Shown here: piece after piece, positions 25,466-37,555 of the stretch | Layout of the letters: the number at the start of each line of letters is the position of its first letter | Numbering within the stretch: position 1 is the first letter of the stretch | Origin: Macrostomum lignano | Lineage: Eukaryota | NCBI GenBank assembly: GCA_002269645.1 | Contig: NIVC01000006.1 | Location: 558,001 to 622,000, forward strand | Length of the DNA stretch: 64,000 nucleotides | Direction: 5' to 3' | The notes under the pieces: model-generated | Databases searched by the model: none | Seen by the model: only the letters and a program-made list of their open reading frames with translations | What the model was told of the DNA's origin: nothing | Position numbers and translations under genes: made by a program

Positions 25466-28400
25466 TTACCATAGCAACACGTTGACAGCGTCGCTGTCAC
25501 TCGGTGCGGTAGTGAAGTTTCCTGGAAACTCTGTTGCGACGGTGGTGCCGTTGGAGTCCCCGTGGTGGATCTGCGGCTCGGGCACCGTGAGCCTGATGAG
25601 CACAGCCAGAACTATATAGCTGATGAGCAGTATGGCCGCTGGGATTTTCGATTTGAGCACTTTGCCAACGGAAATTCGCTTGTCCAAGTTTGCGGATGTC
25701 CCTGCAGCTACTGAGTTGTCTGGCACGAGCTGGTCGAAGCTTCTCTGAGATCGGCCGCCGGCTAGGATGGCTGCAGAGGGTGTCAGGGGATGGGCACACT
25801 GAGGTGTCAGGGGATGGGCACACTGAGGTGTCAGGGAATGGGCACACTGAGGTGTCAGGGAATGGGCACATTGCGAGGTGTCAGGGGATGGGCACACTGA
25901 GGTGTCAGGGGATGGGCACACTGAGGTGTCAGGGAATGGGCACATTGCGAGGTGTCAGGGGATGGGCACACTGAGGTGTCAGGGAATGGGCACATTGCGA
26001 GGTGTCAGGGGATGGGCACACTGAGGTGTCAGGGGATGGGCACACTGAGGTGTCAGGGAATGGGCACATTGCGAGGTGTCAGGGGATGGGCACACTGAGG
26101 TGTTAGGGGATGGGCACACTGGGGTGTCAGGGGATGGGCACATTGCGAGGTGTCAGGGGATGGGCACACTGAGGTGTCAGGGGATGGGCACATTGCGAGG
26201 TGTCAGGGGATGGGCACACTGAGGTGTCAGGGGATGGGCACACTGAGGTGTCAGTGGATGGGCACACTTTGAGGTGTCAGGGGATGGGCACACTGAGGTG
26301 TCAGGGGATGGGCACACTGAGGTGTCAGGGGATGGGCACACTGAGGTGTCAGGGGATGGGCACACTGAGGTGTCAGGGGATGGGCACACTTTGAGGTGTC
26401 AGGAGATGGGCACACTTTGAGGTGGGAGATGGGCACACTTTGAGGTGTCAGATGGGCACACTGAAGTGTCAGGGGATGGGCACACTGGGGTGTCAGGGGA
26501 TGGGCACACTGAGGTGTCAGGGGATGGGCACACTGAGGTGTCAGGGGATGGGCACACAGGTGTCAGGGAATGGGCACATTGCATGAGGTGTCAGGGGATG
26601 GGCACACTGAGGTGTCAGGGGATGGGCACACTGAGGTGTCAGGGGATGGGCACACTGAGGTGTCAGGGGATGGGCACACTGAGGTGTCAGGGGATGGGCA
26701 CACTGAGGTGTCAGGGGATGGGCACACTGAGGTGTCAGGGGATGGGCACACTGAGGTGTCAGGGGATGGGCACACTGAGGTGTCAGGGGATGGGCACACT
26801 GAGGTGTCAGGGGATGGGCACACTGAGGTGTCAGGGGATGGGCACACTGAGGTGTCAGGGGATGGGCACATTGAGGTGTCAGGGGATGGGCACACTGAGG
26901 TGTCAGGGGATGGGCACACTGAGGTGTCAGGGGATGGGCACATTGAGGTGTCAGGAGCTGGGCACATTATTTAGGTGTCAGGAGATGGGCAGACTTTGGG
27001 CTGTCAGGAGGTGGCACACCTTGAGGTGTCAGCAGGCGAACACTTTGAGATATTAGAGGACATTGCGTGCTGAAACAACTAACAAGCAACTCACGCCGGG
27101 TCTCATCGTGCGTAATAAATCCTTCAACGTCGGTCTCGCGCTCCGCAGAGCCGGACACCTTCTTGGACACGCCGGTCCAGTCCAGCCTGAGAGTGATCAC
27201 CAGCCCGAGTATATTCCAGGCCACGGACGAGATCAAGTAGCCGCTCCACAGGCCGAGCATCCCGATGCCCACAGCGAAAGTCAGACTGAGACCGATGGGG
27301 TGCCCGATGAACCAAAGCGCCACCAGGGCGATGACCACGCAGGTGTTGTGAAAGTTGCAGCCACGCAGCGCCGCTATGTGGCCCCAAGCCGAGGAGATGA
27401 CGAACACGTACGGGATGACGAAGTAGATGATCTGGCTGAATATCTCGGTGGTCTCCTCGTCCGCTGAGAATATCTTTGGAATGACGTCTTTGAGAGCCAG
27501 CAACAGAAGGGCTTCGATTAGGCCGATGAAGCCTATAGAAGGTATCGAGGACAGCGGCTGATTTAGTGAGCTGTGGCGAAAGATTTATAAATATCAGCTT
27601 GCGAGAATTGTGGAGTTTTAAAGAGGGCTTTACCAGCGCTAAAGTCTCAAACGCTAATGTCTCCTGCGCTAATATCCCGAGCGCTGACAGTCACAAGAGC
27701 GAATGTCTCCTGCGCTACCGTCAGCAGAGCATTTGATATTGAGCTTGGGGTAGGGCAGACAATCTCGCCCCCAGCTAATTAGAATTAAGCATGCTGAGTG
27801 CACGCACAGCTGAGGAGGCGTAAGCCAACGTACACAACAATAATTCAGAACACAAATTTCATGGCTATGTACATACGATTTCCATGTACAGTAAGGTACA
27901 TTGTTAGGCTTCACCAGGTTTGTTTATTTGTTACAATTCATTTATTCGTTTAATACCAACAAAAAAATCTGGTTGTCTAATTAGGGGAGTAGGAGAATGT
28001 CCAACTTTTGTCAAAACATGCAGTGAGTGCACCAAGCCGAATCACTTTGGTAGTTTGTCGATCTTCTCGACCCAAGCAGACATATCATGTGGGTGGCTCC
28101 ATGACGCCTCAAGATGATACTGCCAACGGTGAGGATCTTCTTCACCTCGGTGAGATAAGCTTAGTCAACTCCGTCGACGCAAAGATGGAGAACATTGTCA
28201 TCGGCGAGGTCAGTGTTCCCAAGCAGCTGGATACGGGTGCAGCAGTGACTGAACTGATAATAAACTGTCACTGAACTGACAATAAACTGTCACTGAACTG
28301 ACAATATACTGTCACTGAACTGACAATATACTGTCACTGTGTCATCTCATCCACCATCTGGGAGTCTCTAAAGAGGCCACCGCTATGAAAATTTCATCAC

Positions 28401-31400
28401 CGCCTACAGGCCAACGATGGTCACGATCTCAAGGTTCTCGGCGCCCTCACGACTACCATAGACTTACGTGGCCGGCTGCACCCCGCCCAGCTGACCATCT
28501 TGAAAGCTGAGAAGCAATTTGGTCCTACTAGGCCAGGATCTTCTGCAATCTGACCGTCTCTTTAATTTGGCTGATTCAAAAGCCGCTCCAAAAAAGGACA
28601 AAGACACTTCCAGTTATTAAGGGCGCCGAGGCCAAGATTCTGCGGTGATCGCCGAGCTAGAGAGACTTCATCAACTTTAACAACTTAGTGTGATCGAGCC
28701 TGTATACGACCCGGTAAGCAACTCCTCTCCGGTTGTGAGGGTGGAGAAAAAGGACGGGTCACTCAGTATGTGCGCAAAATATTGTCCAAAGATTACTCTG
28801 TATTCATATATTGTAAAGCATCTCCTGGCCAAGTCGACGAACGCAAAGAAGTTCGCTTCTGTTGATTTGCGATTCGCTTACGAGCTACTGGCAGATCAAG
28901 TTGGATTAGGCTGCGCAGGAGCTGTCAATCATAAACACTTCTAAAGAATTGTTCCGCGTAAAACGCCTGCAGATGGGAATGAAGAACGCGTCCTTTATTT
29001 TTCAACGTACAATGGAACAGATTCTCTCCGACATGAAGGGCCACTTACGAGGGTCACTCCGAAAGTTTTTAGAATGGAACGGTTATAACGCTAATAACAA
29101 AACAAAACAAAGTAGGGTGGGTGGGAGACCAGCTTGACTCCATTTTGCTCCAGGAAGGCAGAAGTCAACCGTGCAGTGTGGGCGCTGGCGTTGTCTTGGT
29201 GCAGCTGGAGGCCTCGGGTTCCTGTGTTTGGTCGCCTCTGGCACCAAGCGCTGATGACTTGAGGAAGGCAGTGGCTGGTGTACCATGCCGCAGTCACCGT
29301 GCGATGATCCTCCAGGGGCACCGACACCAGATGGCCGGAGGCGGTGATGAAGGAGGCGACCATCTTCTTTCCGACACTCCGGGGCCTCTGCACCTTGGTC
29401 GGATGGTCATCGCCGGAGAAGCACCAGACTGTCGACTGACGCTTTGTCTCTGGGTCATACTGGTACACCCAGGTCTCATCGCCACTAATGATGTCAAAAA
29501 CCTTTCTTGATGCTTCTCCGGCGAATTCTCTTAGCATTTTCTCGCACCAGTCCACCCTGACCCGTCTCTGCTCCTGTGACAGCGAATGGGGCACCCATCG
29601 AGTGCACAGCTTCTGCAGGCCCAGGTGTTAGTGCAGGATAGAGTGCACCTGCCCCGATCCAATGCCCAGTTGCGACTGTAACTCGTCGTAGGTTATGCGC
29701 CTGTTCTCGTTTACCAGTCGCTCAGCTTCATTGATGTTGTACTGGGTTACAGCTGTTGAGGGCCGACCGCTGCGACCTTCATCACTCAGGCAGGTGCGCT
29801 GCGAACGAAACTCGCGATACCAGTTGTACACAGTCGCTTGAGATGGAGACTCGTTGGGGAAGGCGGTTGCAAGCCGAGAAAAACATTCTGCTGGCGTCAG
29901 GTTGCACTTGAAGTCATAGTAGATCATTGCGCGAAAATCGCGATTTTCAAGCTCCATGACTTTTAGCGTAGGGTGCCTGCTTAATCAGACTTTAACTCAG
30001 AGTTGGCTAAGTAAATGGCAACGAGACTTAACATGCATTAATGACAAATAATTTAGTCTATGGGTGAAAGCTGCCGAACAAAAAGTTTTACTCCTTCCCT
30101 TCCATTCTAAAGACTTTCGGAGTGACCCTCGTAATCTACCAGGACGATGTGTTGGTTTATGTACAAGCAATGAAGCTATAAGTGAGTTGAGGTGACCGAT
30201 GAATTTTTTCTTCTGTTTTCAGATTTCTGCGGCTGGCATCAAGCCAGACAACCGACTTGTGGTGAAAATCAGACGCATCGCGGTCACAGTAGACAAAAAG
30301 GAGCTAGAGCATTTCAATTGGCTTGGTAAATTTCTTCGGCAGGCTCATCCCTAACTTTGCCGGCAAAGCGAAGCCGCTAAACGAGTTACGGCGGGACAAC
30401 GTCGCGTTTGTGTCGACGGATGGCTGCAATCGAGCATTTGAAGCATTTAAGCAAGAGATTACGTCGCAGCCTGTGGTGCAGCCTTATTTCCTGGAAAAGG
30501 AGGTCACCACCACAACTGACGCCCCGAAAGGTGCCCTTGCTGGTGTAGTGACCCAGAATGGCCACCCTATAATTTACAATTCCAGATTTACAATTCCAGA
30601 AGCCTGTCTAAGTCCGAGCAGAATTATTGAAACATCGATAGTCTGGACAGTTTGCCGACTGAGGCACTAATTACTTGGGAGGCATTTGACGATCAGCACT
30701 GACGATCAACCGATCTAGTGCGTCTAGTTGGTCAATCCGGCGGTATTCCATTTAACACATCAGCTCAAATTTCTCGGTGGGCCTTGAAAATTATGCGATT
30801 CGACTATACGTCATCGACTACATACCTGGCAAAGATATTCCACACGCAGATGCCTCAGCACGCTTGCAATTCACTGACTGGACTGTGGATCCGCAGAATG
30901 TCTCTGACGCGATAAACTTCGTCGCATTCGAGTTCCTGACCATTGAACGCCACCGCATTCTTTCAGAGCTGGAAATCGACACTTTCATTCAAAAATTCAT
31001 CATCGAGCGTGTTTGCTCTGGACACTGATCGAGATGCCGTTTCAAAAAATGGCTGACTCTTTAACGGTAGAAGATAGCTCCTTGTTCAAGGGTCTTCAAA
31101 TTTCAAATTTCATAGCTGTGTATACCCATATGATTTCCCTGTAGAATAAGGTGCATTTTTAGGCTTCAACAGGTTTATTTAAAGGCAATCTATTGAATCA
31201 AGGATCCCTTAATGACAGTGCCAATGAACTGCTCTACTGACATCAGCGGTGGAGACTTTCAGCACTCGCGCTGATATACCTAACGGCTTATACCTACATG
31301 TAAAGAGTTGCCCTGCCTCAAAAAACCTGGCTCAGCCCCCACAGTCGGCCACTCACCGAGCAGTGCCAGGATGACCTTGTACACCTGTTTGCCTTTCACA

Positions 31401-34400
31401 TAATTAGCGGCGCCCATGTACCGGCCGATTCTGGTGATGGCTGCCGAGCCGGCGCCCACGCATGGCTGCATGGTGAGGATGAACAGCTGGAAGATGATGC
31501 CCTGGGCTGCCAGCTCCGCCTTGCCCAGGTACCCGGCAACAAAGGTGCCCATCTCGGAGGAGCTCACGAAGACCAGCTGGTTGGCGATCGACGGGAACAG
31601 ATTGTAGTAGTACTCACCCCACTGCAGGAAGCAGCGCATGGACCAGCCTGCAGGGCGAGGGTGAGTTCCAGGGGATCTGGGATCAGATTGGGGATCTGGG
31701 ATCAGCTTGGGGATCTGGGATCAGCTTGGGGATCTGGGATCAGCTTGGGGATCTGGGAACAGCTTGTGTTTTCTGGGATCAGCTTGGGGATCTGGGATCA
31801 GCTTGGGGATCTGGGATCTGCTTGTGGATCTGGGATCAGCTTGGGGATCTGGGAACAGCTTGAGGATCTGGGATCAGCTTGGGGATATGGAAACAGCTTG
31901 GGGATCTGGGATCAGCTTGGGGATCTAGGATCAGCTTGGGGATCTGGGATCAGATTGGGGATCTGGGATCTGCTTGTGGATCTGGGATCAGCTTGGGGAT
32001 CTGGGATCAGCTTGGGGATCTGGGATCAGCTTGGGGATCTGGGATCAGCTTGTGGATCTGGGATCTGCTTGTGGATCTGGGATCAGCTTGGGGATCTGGG
32101 ATCAGCTTGGGGATCTGGGATCAGCTTGGGGATCTGGGATCAGCTTGTGAATCTGGGATCAGATTGGGGATCTGGGATCTGCTTGTGGATCTGGGATCAG
32201 CTTCGGGATCTGGGATCAGCTTCGGGATCTGGGATCAGCTTGGGGATCTGGGATCAGCTTGTGGATCTGGGATCAGCTTGGGGATCTGGGATCAACAAGG
32301 ATTCAGGATGTCATTAGAGTGCGCAACACTCACTACTCCTATGAAAAGGAGCAGGAAGTGTGATAAGATAAGATAAGGTCTCAAAGCATCTGAGATCAAT
32401 TTCACTTACCAGGCCAAGTGTCTTTGTGCACCTTGCTGATCACAATGTAGGAAGTCATCATCACGGGCAGGAGGCAGAGTGAGCAGCAGAGCCCCAATGC
32501 GGCGCCGCTGCACAAAGATTGTAGAGGGAATCTGATGGTACATCTGTTGGTACAACTTTGCTATTCAAACTATGACAGAAGCCTGAGTTTGCGCCATTTA
32601 TTCAAAAAACTCGGCGCTATTGGGCCCATCAATAATCGAGATAGCCCCCTTGGAAGACAGAAAGGTTCGCGCCACTTTAATATTGACCTTGGCGCCATTT
32701 CAAAATTGACCTTGGCACCATTTCCATATTGACCTTGGCGCCATTTAAATATTGACCTTGGCGCCATTTCAATATTGACCTTGGCACCACCATTTCAATA
32801 TTGACCTTGGCGCCATTTCAATATTGACCTTGGCTCCACTTCAATATTGAACTTGGCGCCATTTTAATATTGACTTTGGTGCCATTTCAATATTGACTTT
32901 GGTGCCATTTCAATATTGACTTTGGTGCCATTTCAATATTGACCTTGGCGCCATTTCAATATTGACTTTGGTGCTATTTCAATATTGACTTTGGTGCCAT
33001 TTCAATATTGACTTTGGTGCCATTTCAATATTGACCTTGGCGCCATTTCGATATTAACCTTGGCGCCATCTCAATATTGACCTTGGCACCCTCCCTACAG
33101 AACCCACAGCGCCCCTCTCCAAAGCAATCCCAGCACCTACTTGACTCCGAGTCCCAGCTGGAACACGAACAGCGCCTCCAGACCGAGGCAGACCAGCAGG
33201 GACACCAGGTGCATGAACAGGGTGGGGAAAACCCGCTGCAGGCAGTCCATGTACGCCATCTGGACTCGATAGATCAGCACGCACAGACAGCCGGGCATCA
33301 GGATGGTGATGAAGGTCTGCGAGCCGCTGGGTCATTGGGAAAGGGGGTATTAAAAGAGGGGATATTAATTTTCAGTCAGAAATGACTGGGTCAGAAATGG
33401 TGTACGTTTCAGATAGTGAGAGAGGGAGAAATACAGGTGAGAGATAGACAGGTGAGAGATAGACAGGTAAGAAATAAACAGGTGAGTAATAGACAGGTGA
33501 GAGATAGACAGGTGAGAGATAGACAGGTAAGAAATAAACAGGTGAGTAATAGACAGGTGAGAGATAGACACGCGAGAGATAGACAGGTGAGAGATAGACA
33601 GGTGAGAGATAAACAGGTGAGAGATGGACAGGTGAGAGATAGACAGGTGAGAGATGGACAGGTGAGAGATGGACAGGTGAGAGATAGACAGGTGAGAGAT
33701 GGACAGGTGAGAGATGGACAGGTGAGAGATAGACAGATGAAAGATAGACAGGTGAGAGATGGACAGGTGAGAGATGGACAGGTGAGAGATAGACAGGTGA
33801 GAGATAGACAGGTGAGAGATAGACAAGTGAGAGATAGACAGGTGAGTGATAGACAGGTAAGAGATAGACAGGTGAGAGATAGACAGATGAGACATGAACA
33901 TGCAGTCGATCGTAGTATCGATATAGAACGGAAGAGACAAGAAAAATTCACAGAGTGAGCAATCATGAAGTTGAGCCTGCAATTCACTCACATGGCAATC
34001 TCGGCATCCTGGCCGATCAGCACCAGCAGTTTGGCACAATTAACAGCGAGGCCGCAGCTTACGATCCACATGCACACTGCCGCAGTGATGGCTGCAGTCA
34101 AGCATTAATTATTAGGATATGTACGATTAATACACTGCTAGATACGTCTGGACTATTAGGAAGGCCCAGTAAATTCCAAACACACCATTGAAAAGTCAAA
34201 ACAGAGACTCACAGCGCTGAACAATGACACCTGCTCGCTTCTTCTTTGAGCTGCCGAGCGCTTGCGACAGAAATGTGAGACAGGACCAGCGGAGACCGTT
34301 CTCGATTGGCACCACCACCAGCTGGAACACCTGTATAAATTACGGTTGGTGTGGAACGTATACTGCCTTTCGCATTCCCGCCCGTCACATCCCCTGCCAT

Positions 34401-35744
34401 TCACATCCCCTGCCATTCACATCCCCTGCTATTCACATCCCCTGCCATTCACATCCCCTGCCATTCACATCCCCTGCCATTCACATCCCCTGCCATTCAC
34501 ATCCCCTGCCATTCACATCCCCTGCCATTCACATCCCTTGCGTTGCCATAGTTACCGAGACAGCCAAGCTCGCGATGTCCAAGGCTTCAATGCCCAGAGC
34601 TCCGCAGAAGGCCAGAGTTGCGGGGTACATCAGGGCGTACAGCAGCACTGAAACCGTCTGCATAGAGGGTAGGTAGTGTTGGAGCTGTGATACGATATGG
34701 AAGTGCTAGGCTAATGTCTAACAGTTGAGGCTAATGTCTAACAGTTGAGGCTACTGTCTAACAAGTTAGGCTGCTGTCTAACAGGTTAGGCTACTGTCTA
34801 ACTTGCTAGGCTTCTGTCTAACAGGTTAGGCTACTGTCTAACTTGCTAAGCTTCTGTCTAACAGGTTAGGCTACTGTCTAACAGGTTAGGCTGCTGTCTA
34901 ACAGGTTAGGCTACTGTCTAACTTTCTAGGCTTCTGTCTAACAGGTTGGACTACTGTCTAACAGGTTAGGCTAATGTCTAACAGGTCACGCTATTGTCTA
35001 ACAGGTTAGGCTACTGTCTAACTTGCTAGGCTACTGTCTAACAGGTTAGGCTACTGTCTAACTTGCTAGGCTTCTGTCTAACAGGTTAGGCTACTGTCTA
35101 ACAGGTTAGGCTGCTGTCTAACAGGTTAGGCTACTGTCTAACTTGCTAGGCTTCTGTCTAACAGGTTGGACTACTGTCTAACAGGTTAGGCTAATGTCTA
35201 ACAGGTCACGCTATTGTCTAACAGGTTAGGCTACTGTCTAACTTGCTAGGCTTCTGTCTAACAGGTTAGGCTACTGTCTAACTTGCTAAGCTTCTGTCTA
35301 ACAGGTTAGGCTGCTGTCTAACAGGTTAGGCTACTGTCTAACTTGCTAGGCTTCTGTCTAACAGATAAGGCTACTGTCTAACAGGTTAAGCTACTGTCTA
35401 ACTTGCTAGGCTTCTGTCTAACAGGTTGGGCTACTGTCTAACAGGTTAGGCTACTGTCTAACAGGTTAGGCTACTGTCTAACAGGTTAGGCTACTGTCTA
35501 ACAGGTTAGGCTACTGTCTAACAGGTTAGGCTACTGTCTAACAGGTTAGGCTACTGTCTAACAGGTTAGGCTACTGTCTAACAGGTTAGGCTACTGTCTA
35601 ACAGGTTAGGCTACTGTCTAACAGGTTAGGCTACTGTCTAACAGGTTAGGCTACTGTCTAACATAACAAAATGCTCACCATTGGCCATCCCAATTTGACC
35701 AGCGTGACCAGCTCAAACTTGTACTCGCTCCACTCGATTCCCAT
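25466..35744 (-). CDS. SLC47A: MATE family transporter (SLC47A-like), copy A, 9 exons, ~567 aa
   Basis: Exons 35744-35679, 34657-34556, 34330-34213, 34091-33992, 33326-33141, 32507-32410, 31647-31357, 27532-27095 and 25770-25466 total 1704 bp. All are GT-AG and phase-consistent. Motifs: FELVTLVKLGWP, FCGALGIEALD, LSQALGS..GVIVQRS, LIGQD, LGLGVNGAAL, TWPGWS, LGKAELAAQ, RIGRYMGA, ALRGC, GLWSG, and a 13th TM helix as in vertebrate MATE1. Confidence 0.92.
25778..27035. repeat. 24-bp minisatellite (GAGGTGTCAGGGGATGGGCACACT)n in MATE-A intron 8
   Basis: Tandem units; the same unit occurs at 42157-42480 in the paralog. Confidence 0.95.
28100..31100 (+). mobile_element. Decayed Ty3/Gypsy pol remnant (protease, RT, RNase H) in MATE-A intron 7
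   Basis: LDTGAAVT protease. SSPVVRVEKKDGSLSMC and LQMGMKNASFIFQRTME of RT. YQDD across the mariner empty site. TTDAPKGALAGVVTQNGHPIIY and YIPGKDIPHADASARL. Many frameshifts and stops. Confidence 0.88.
29048..30131 (-). mobile_element. Defective mariner transposon nested in the Gypsy RT
   Basis: 32-bp TIRs CGAGGGTCACTCCGAAAGT(T/C)TTTAGAATGGAA with TA TSDs (29046-47, 30132-33). The transposase from 29957 has an in-frame TAA at 29628, WVPHSL, SGDETW and HQDNASAH. It is deleted after HPPY, so the third catalytic Asp is missing. Confidence 0.95.
31672..32296. repeat. 19-bp minisatellite (GGGGATCTGGGATCAGCTT)n in MATE-A intron 6
   Basis: Tandem units; the paralogous array is at 45960-46115. Confidence 0.95.
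32680..33090. repeat. 23-bp minisatellite (TTTCAATATTGACCTTGGCGCCA)n in MATE-A intron 5
   Basis: Tandem units; only about one related unit at about 46395-46425 in the paralog. Confidence 0.92.
33420..33895. repeat. 15-bp minisatellite (GAGAGATAGACAGGT)n in MATE-A intron 4
   Basis: Tandem units. Confidence 0.95.
34385..34540. repeat. 16-bp minisatellite (CATTCACATCCCCTGC)n in MATE-A intron 2
   Basis: Tandem units; the paralogous array is at 49305-49835. Confidence 0.93.
34705..35662. repeat. 20-bp minisatellite (CTACTGTCTAACAGGTTAGG)n in MATE-A intron 1
   Basis: Tandem units; the paralogous array is at 50020-50977. Confidence 0.95.
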
Positions 35745-36309
35745 GGGAGGATCTGTTCCGAGTTTATCTATTTGATTTTAAGTGTATTTTACCTACTCAG
35801 TTGCAATAAAAGTTAATTGCGAACTAACTGAATGTATTAACACTAAAGTTACATGCTACTGATTCCAGTTTGCGGTCAGTTGCCAATGCTTGGAAAGATA
35901 GGAATATAAGAGCATAAATTCTCTCAGTTTGCCTAGTTTGTGTACGTGTAAGTCAGCTCAATCTGACACTGTTATCTCTCACTGCACAGCTATAGAAGTA
36001 CTTGCAGTATGTGCTCATTTCCACTGCTGCAAACTTCAGTGAAACAAAAAGTTAAACGATAGTGTCAGACAGCTCAAAAGAAGTCGCTCGCCCTGTGCAG
36101 TCTGTCAGTGTCATTAAATCTGAGCAGTGGCGCAATGGCTGCACTTTGGACTGACACAGTTTTACTTACTTTACACTAAGCATACGAAGTACACGCAATG
36201 ACGTGGGCTGCATGTACGAGCCAGTGACGCAGTTGAGCTGATCACACCACCGATGAGGCTGGAATTCTGTGTACACTTCTGATTTTCTAAAACTGCAGGA
36301 GAGATGAAT

Positions 36310-37555
36310 GAGAAGAGATGGGGAAATGGGGAGGACAGATGGGAAGGAGAGATGGGAAGGAGAGATGGGAAGGAGAGATGGGAAGGAGAGATGGGAAGGG
36401 GAGATGGGAAGGAGAGATGGGAAGTGGAGATGGGAAGGAGAGATGGGAAGCGGAGATGGGAAGGGGAGATGGGAAGGGGAGATGGGAAGGGGAGATAGCT
36501 AGGGAGGAGAGATGGGAAGGGGAGATGGGAAGGGGAGATGGGAAGGGGAGATGGGGAGGAGAGATGGGGAGGAGAGATGGGAAGGGGAGATGGGAAGGGG
36601 AGAAGGGGAGATGGGAAGGAGAGATGGAAGGAGAGATGAAAGGAGAGATGGGAAGGAGAGATAGGAAGGAGAGATGGGAAGGGGAGATCGGGAGGAGAGA
36701 TGGGAAGGGGAGATGGGAAGGAGAGATGGGAAGGAGAGATGGGAAGCGGAGATGGGAAGGGGAGATGGGAAGGAGAGATGGGAAGGAGAGATGGGAAGGG
36801 GAGATGGGAAGGGGAGATGGGGAGGAGAGATGGGAAGGGGAGATGGGAAGGGGAGAAGGGGAGATGGGAAGGAGAGATGGAAGGAGAGATGGGAAAGGGA
36901 GATGGGAAGGGGAGAAGGGGAGATGGGAAGGAGAGATGGAAGGAGAGATGAAAGGAGAGATGGGAAGGAGAGATAGGAAGGAGAGATGGGAAGGGGAGAT
37001 CGGGAGGAGAGATGGGAAGGGGAGATGGGAAGGGAGATGGGAAGGGAGATGGGAGGGGAGATGGGAAGGGAGATGGGAAGGGGAGATGGGAAGGGGAGAT
37101 GGGAAGGGGAGATGGGGAGGAGAGATGGGAAGGGGAGATGGGAAGGGGAGAAGGGAAGGAGAGATGGAAGGAGAGATGGGAAATGGGGGAGATGGGAAGG
37201 GGAGAAGGGGAGATGGGAATGAGAGATGGAAGGAGAGATGAAAGGAGAGATGGGAAGGAGAGATAGGAAGGAGAGATGGGAAGGGGAGATCGGGAGGAGA
37301 GATGGGAAGGGGAGATGGGAAGGAGAGATGGGAAGGAGAGATGGGAAGCGGAGATGGGAAGGGGAGATGGGAAGGAGAGATGGGAAGGAGAGATGGGAAG
37401 CGGAGATGGGAAGGGGAGATGGGAAGGGGAGATGGGGAGGAAAGATGGGAAGGGGAGATGGGAAGGGGAGATGGGGAGGAGAGATGGGAAGGGGAGATGG
37501 GGAGGAGAGATGGGAAGGGGAGAAGAGGAGATGGGAAGGAGAGATGGGAAGGAGA
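36310..37555. repeat. GA-rich minisatellite (GGGAAGGAGAGAT variants) upstream of MATE-A
   Basis: Tandem ~13-bp variants with block duplications. Confidence 0.93.
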
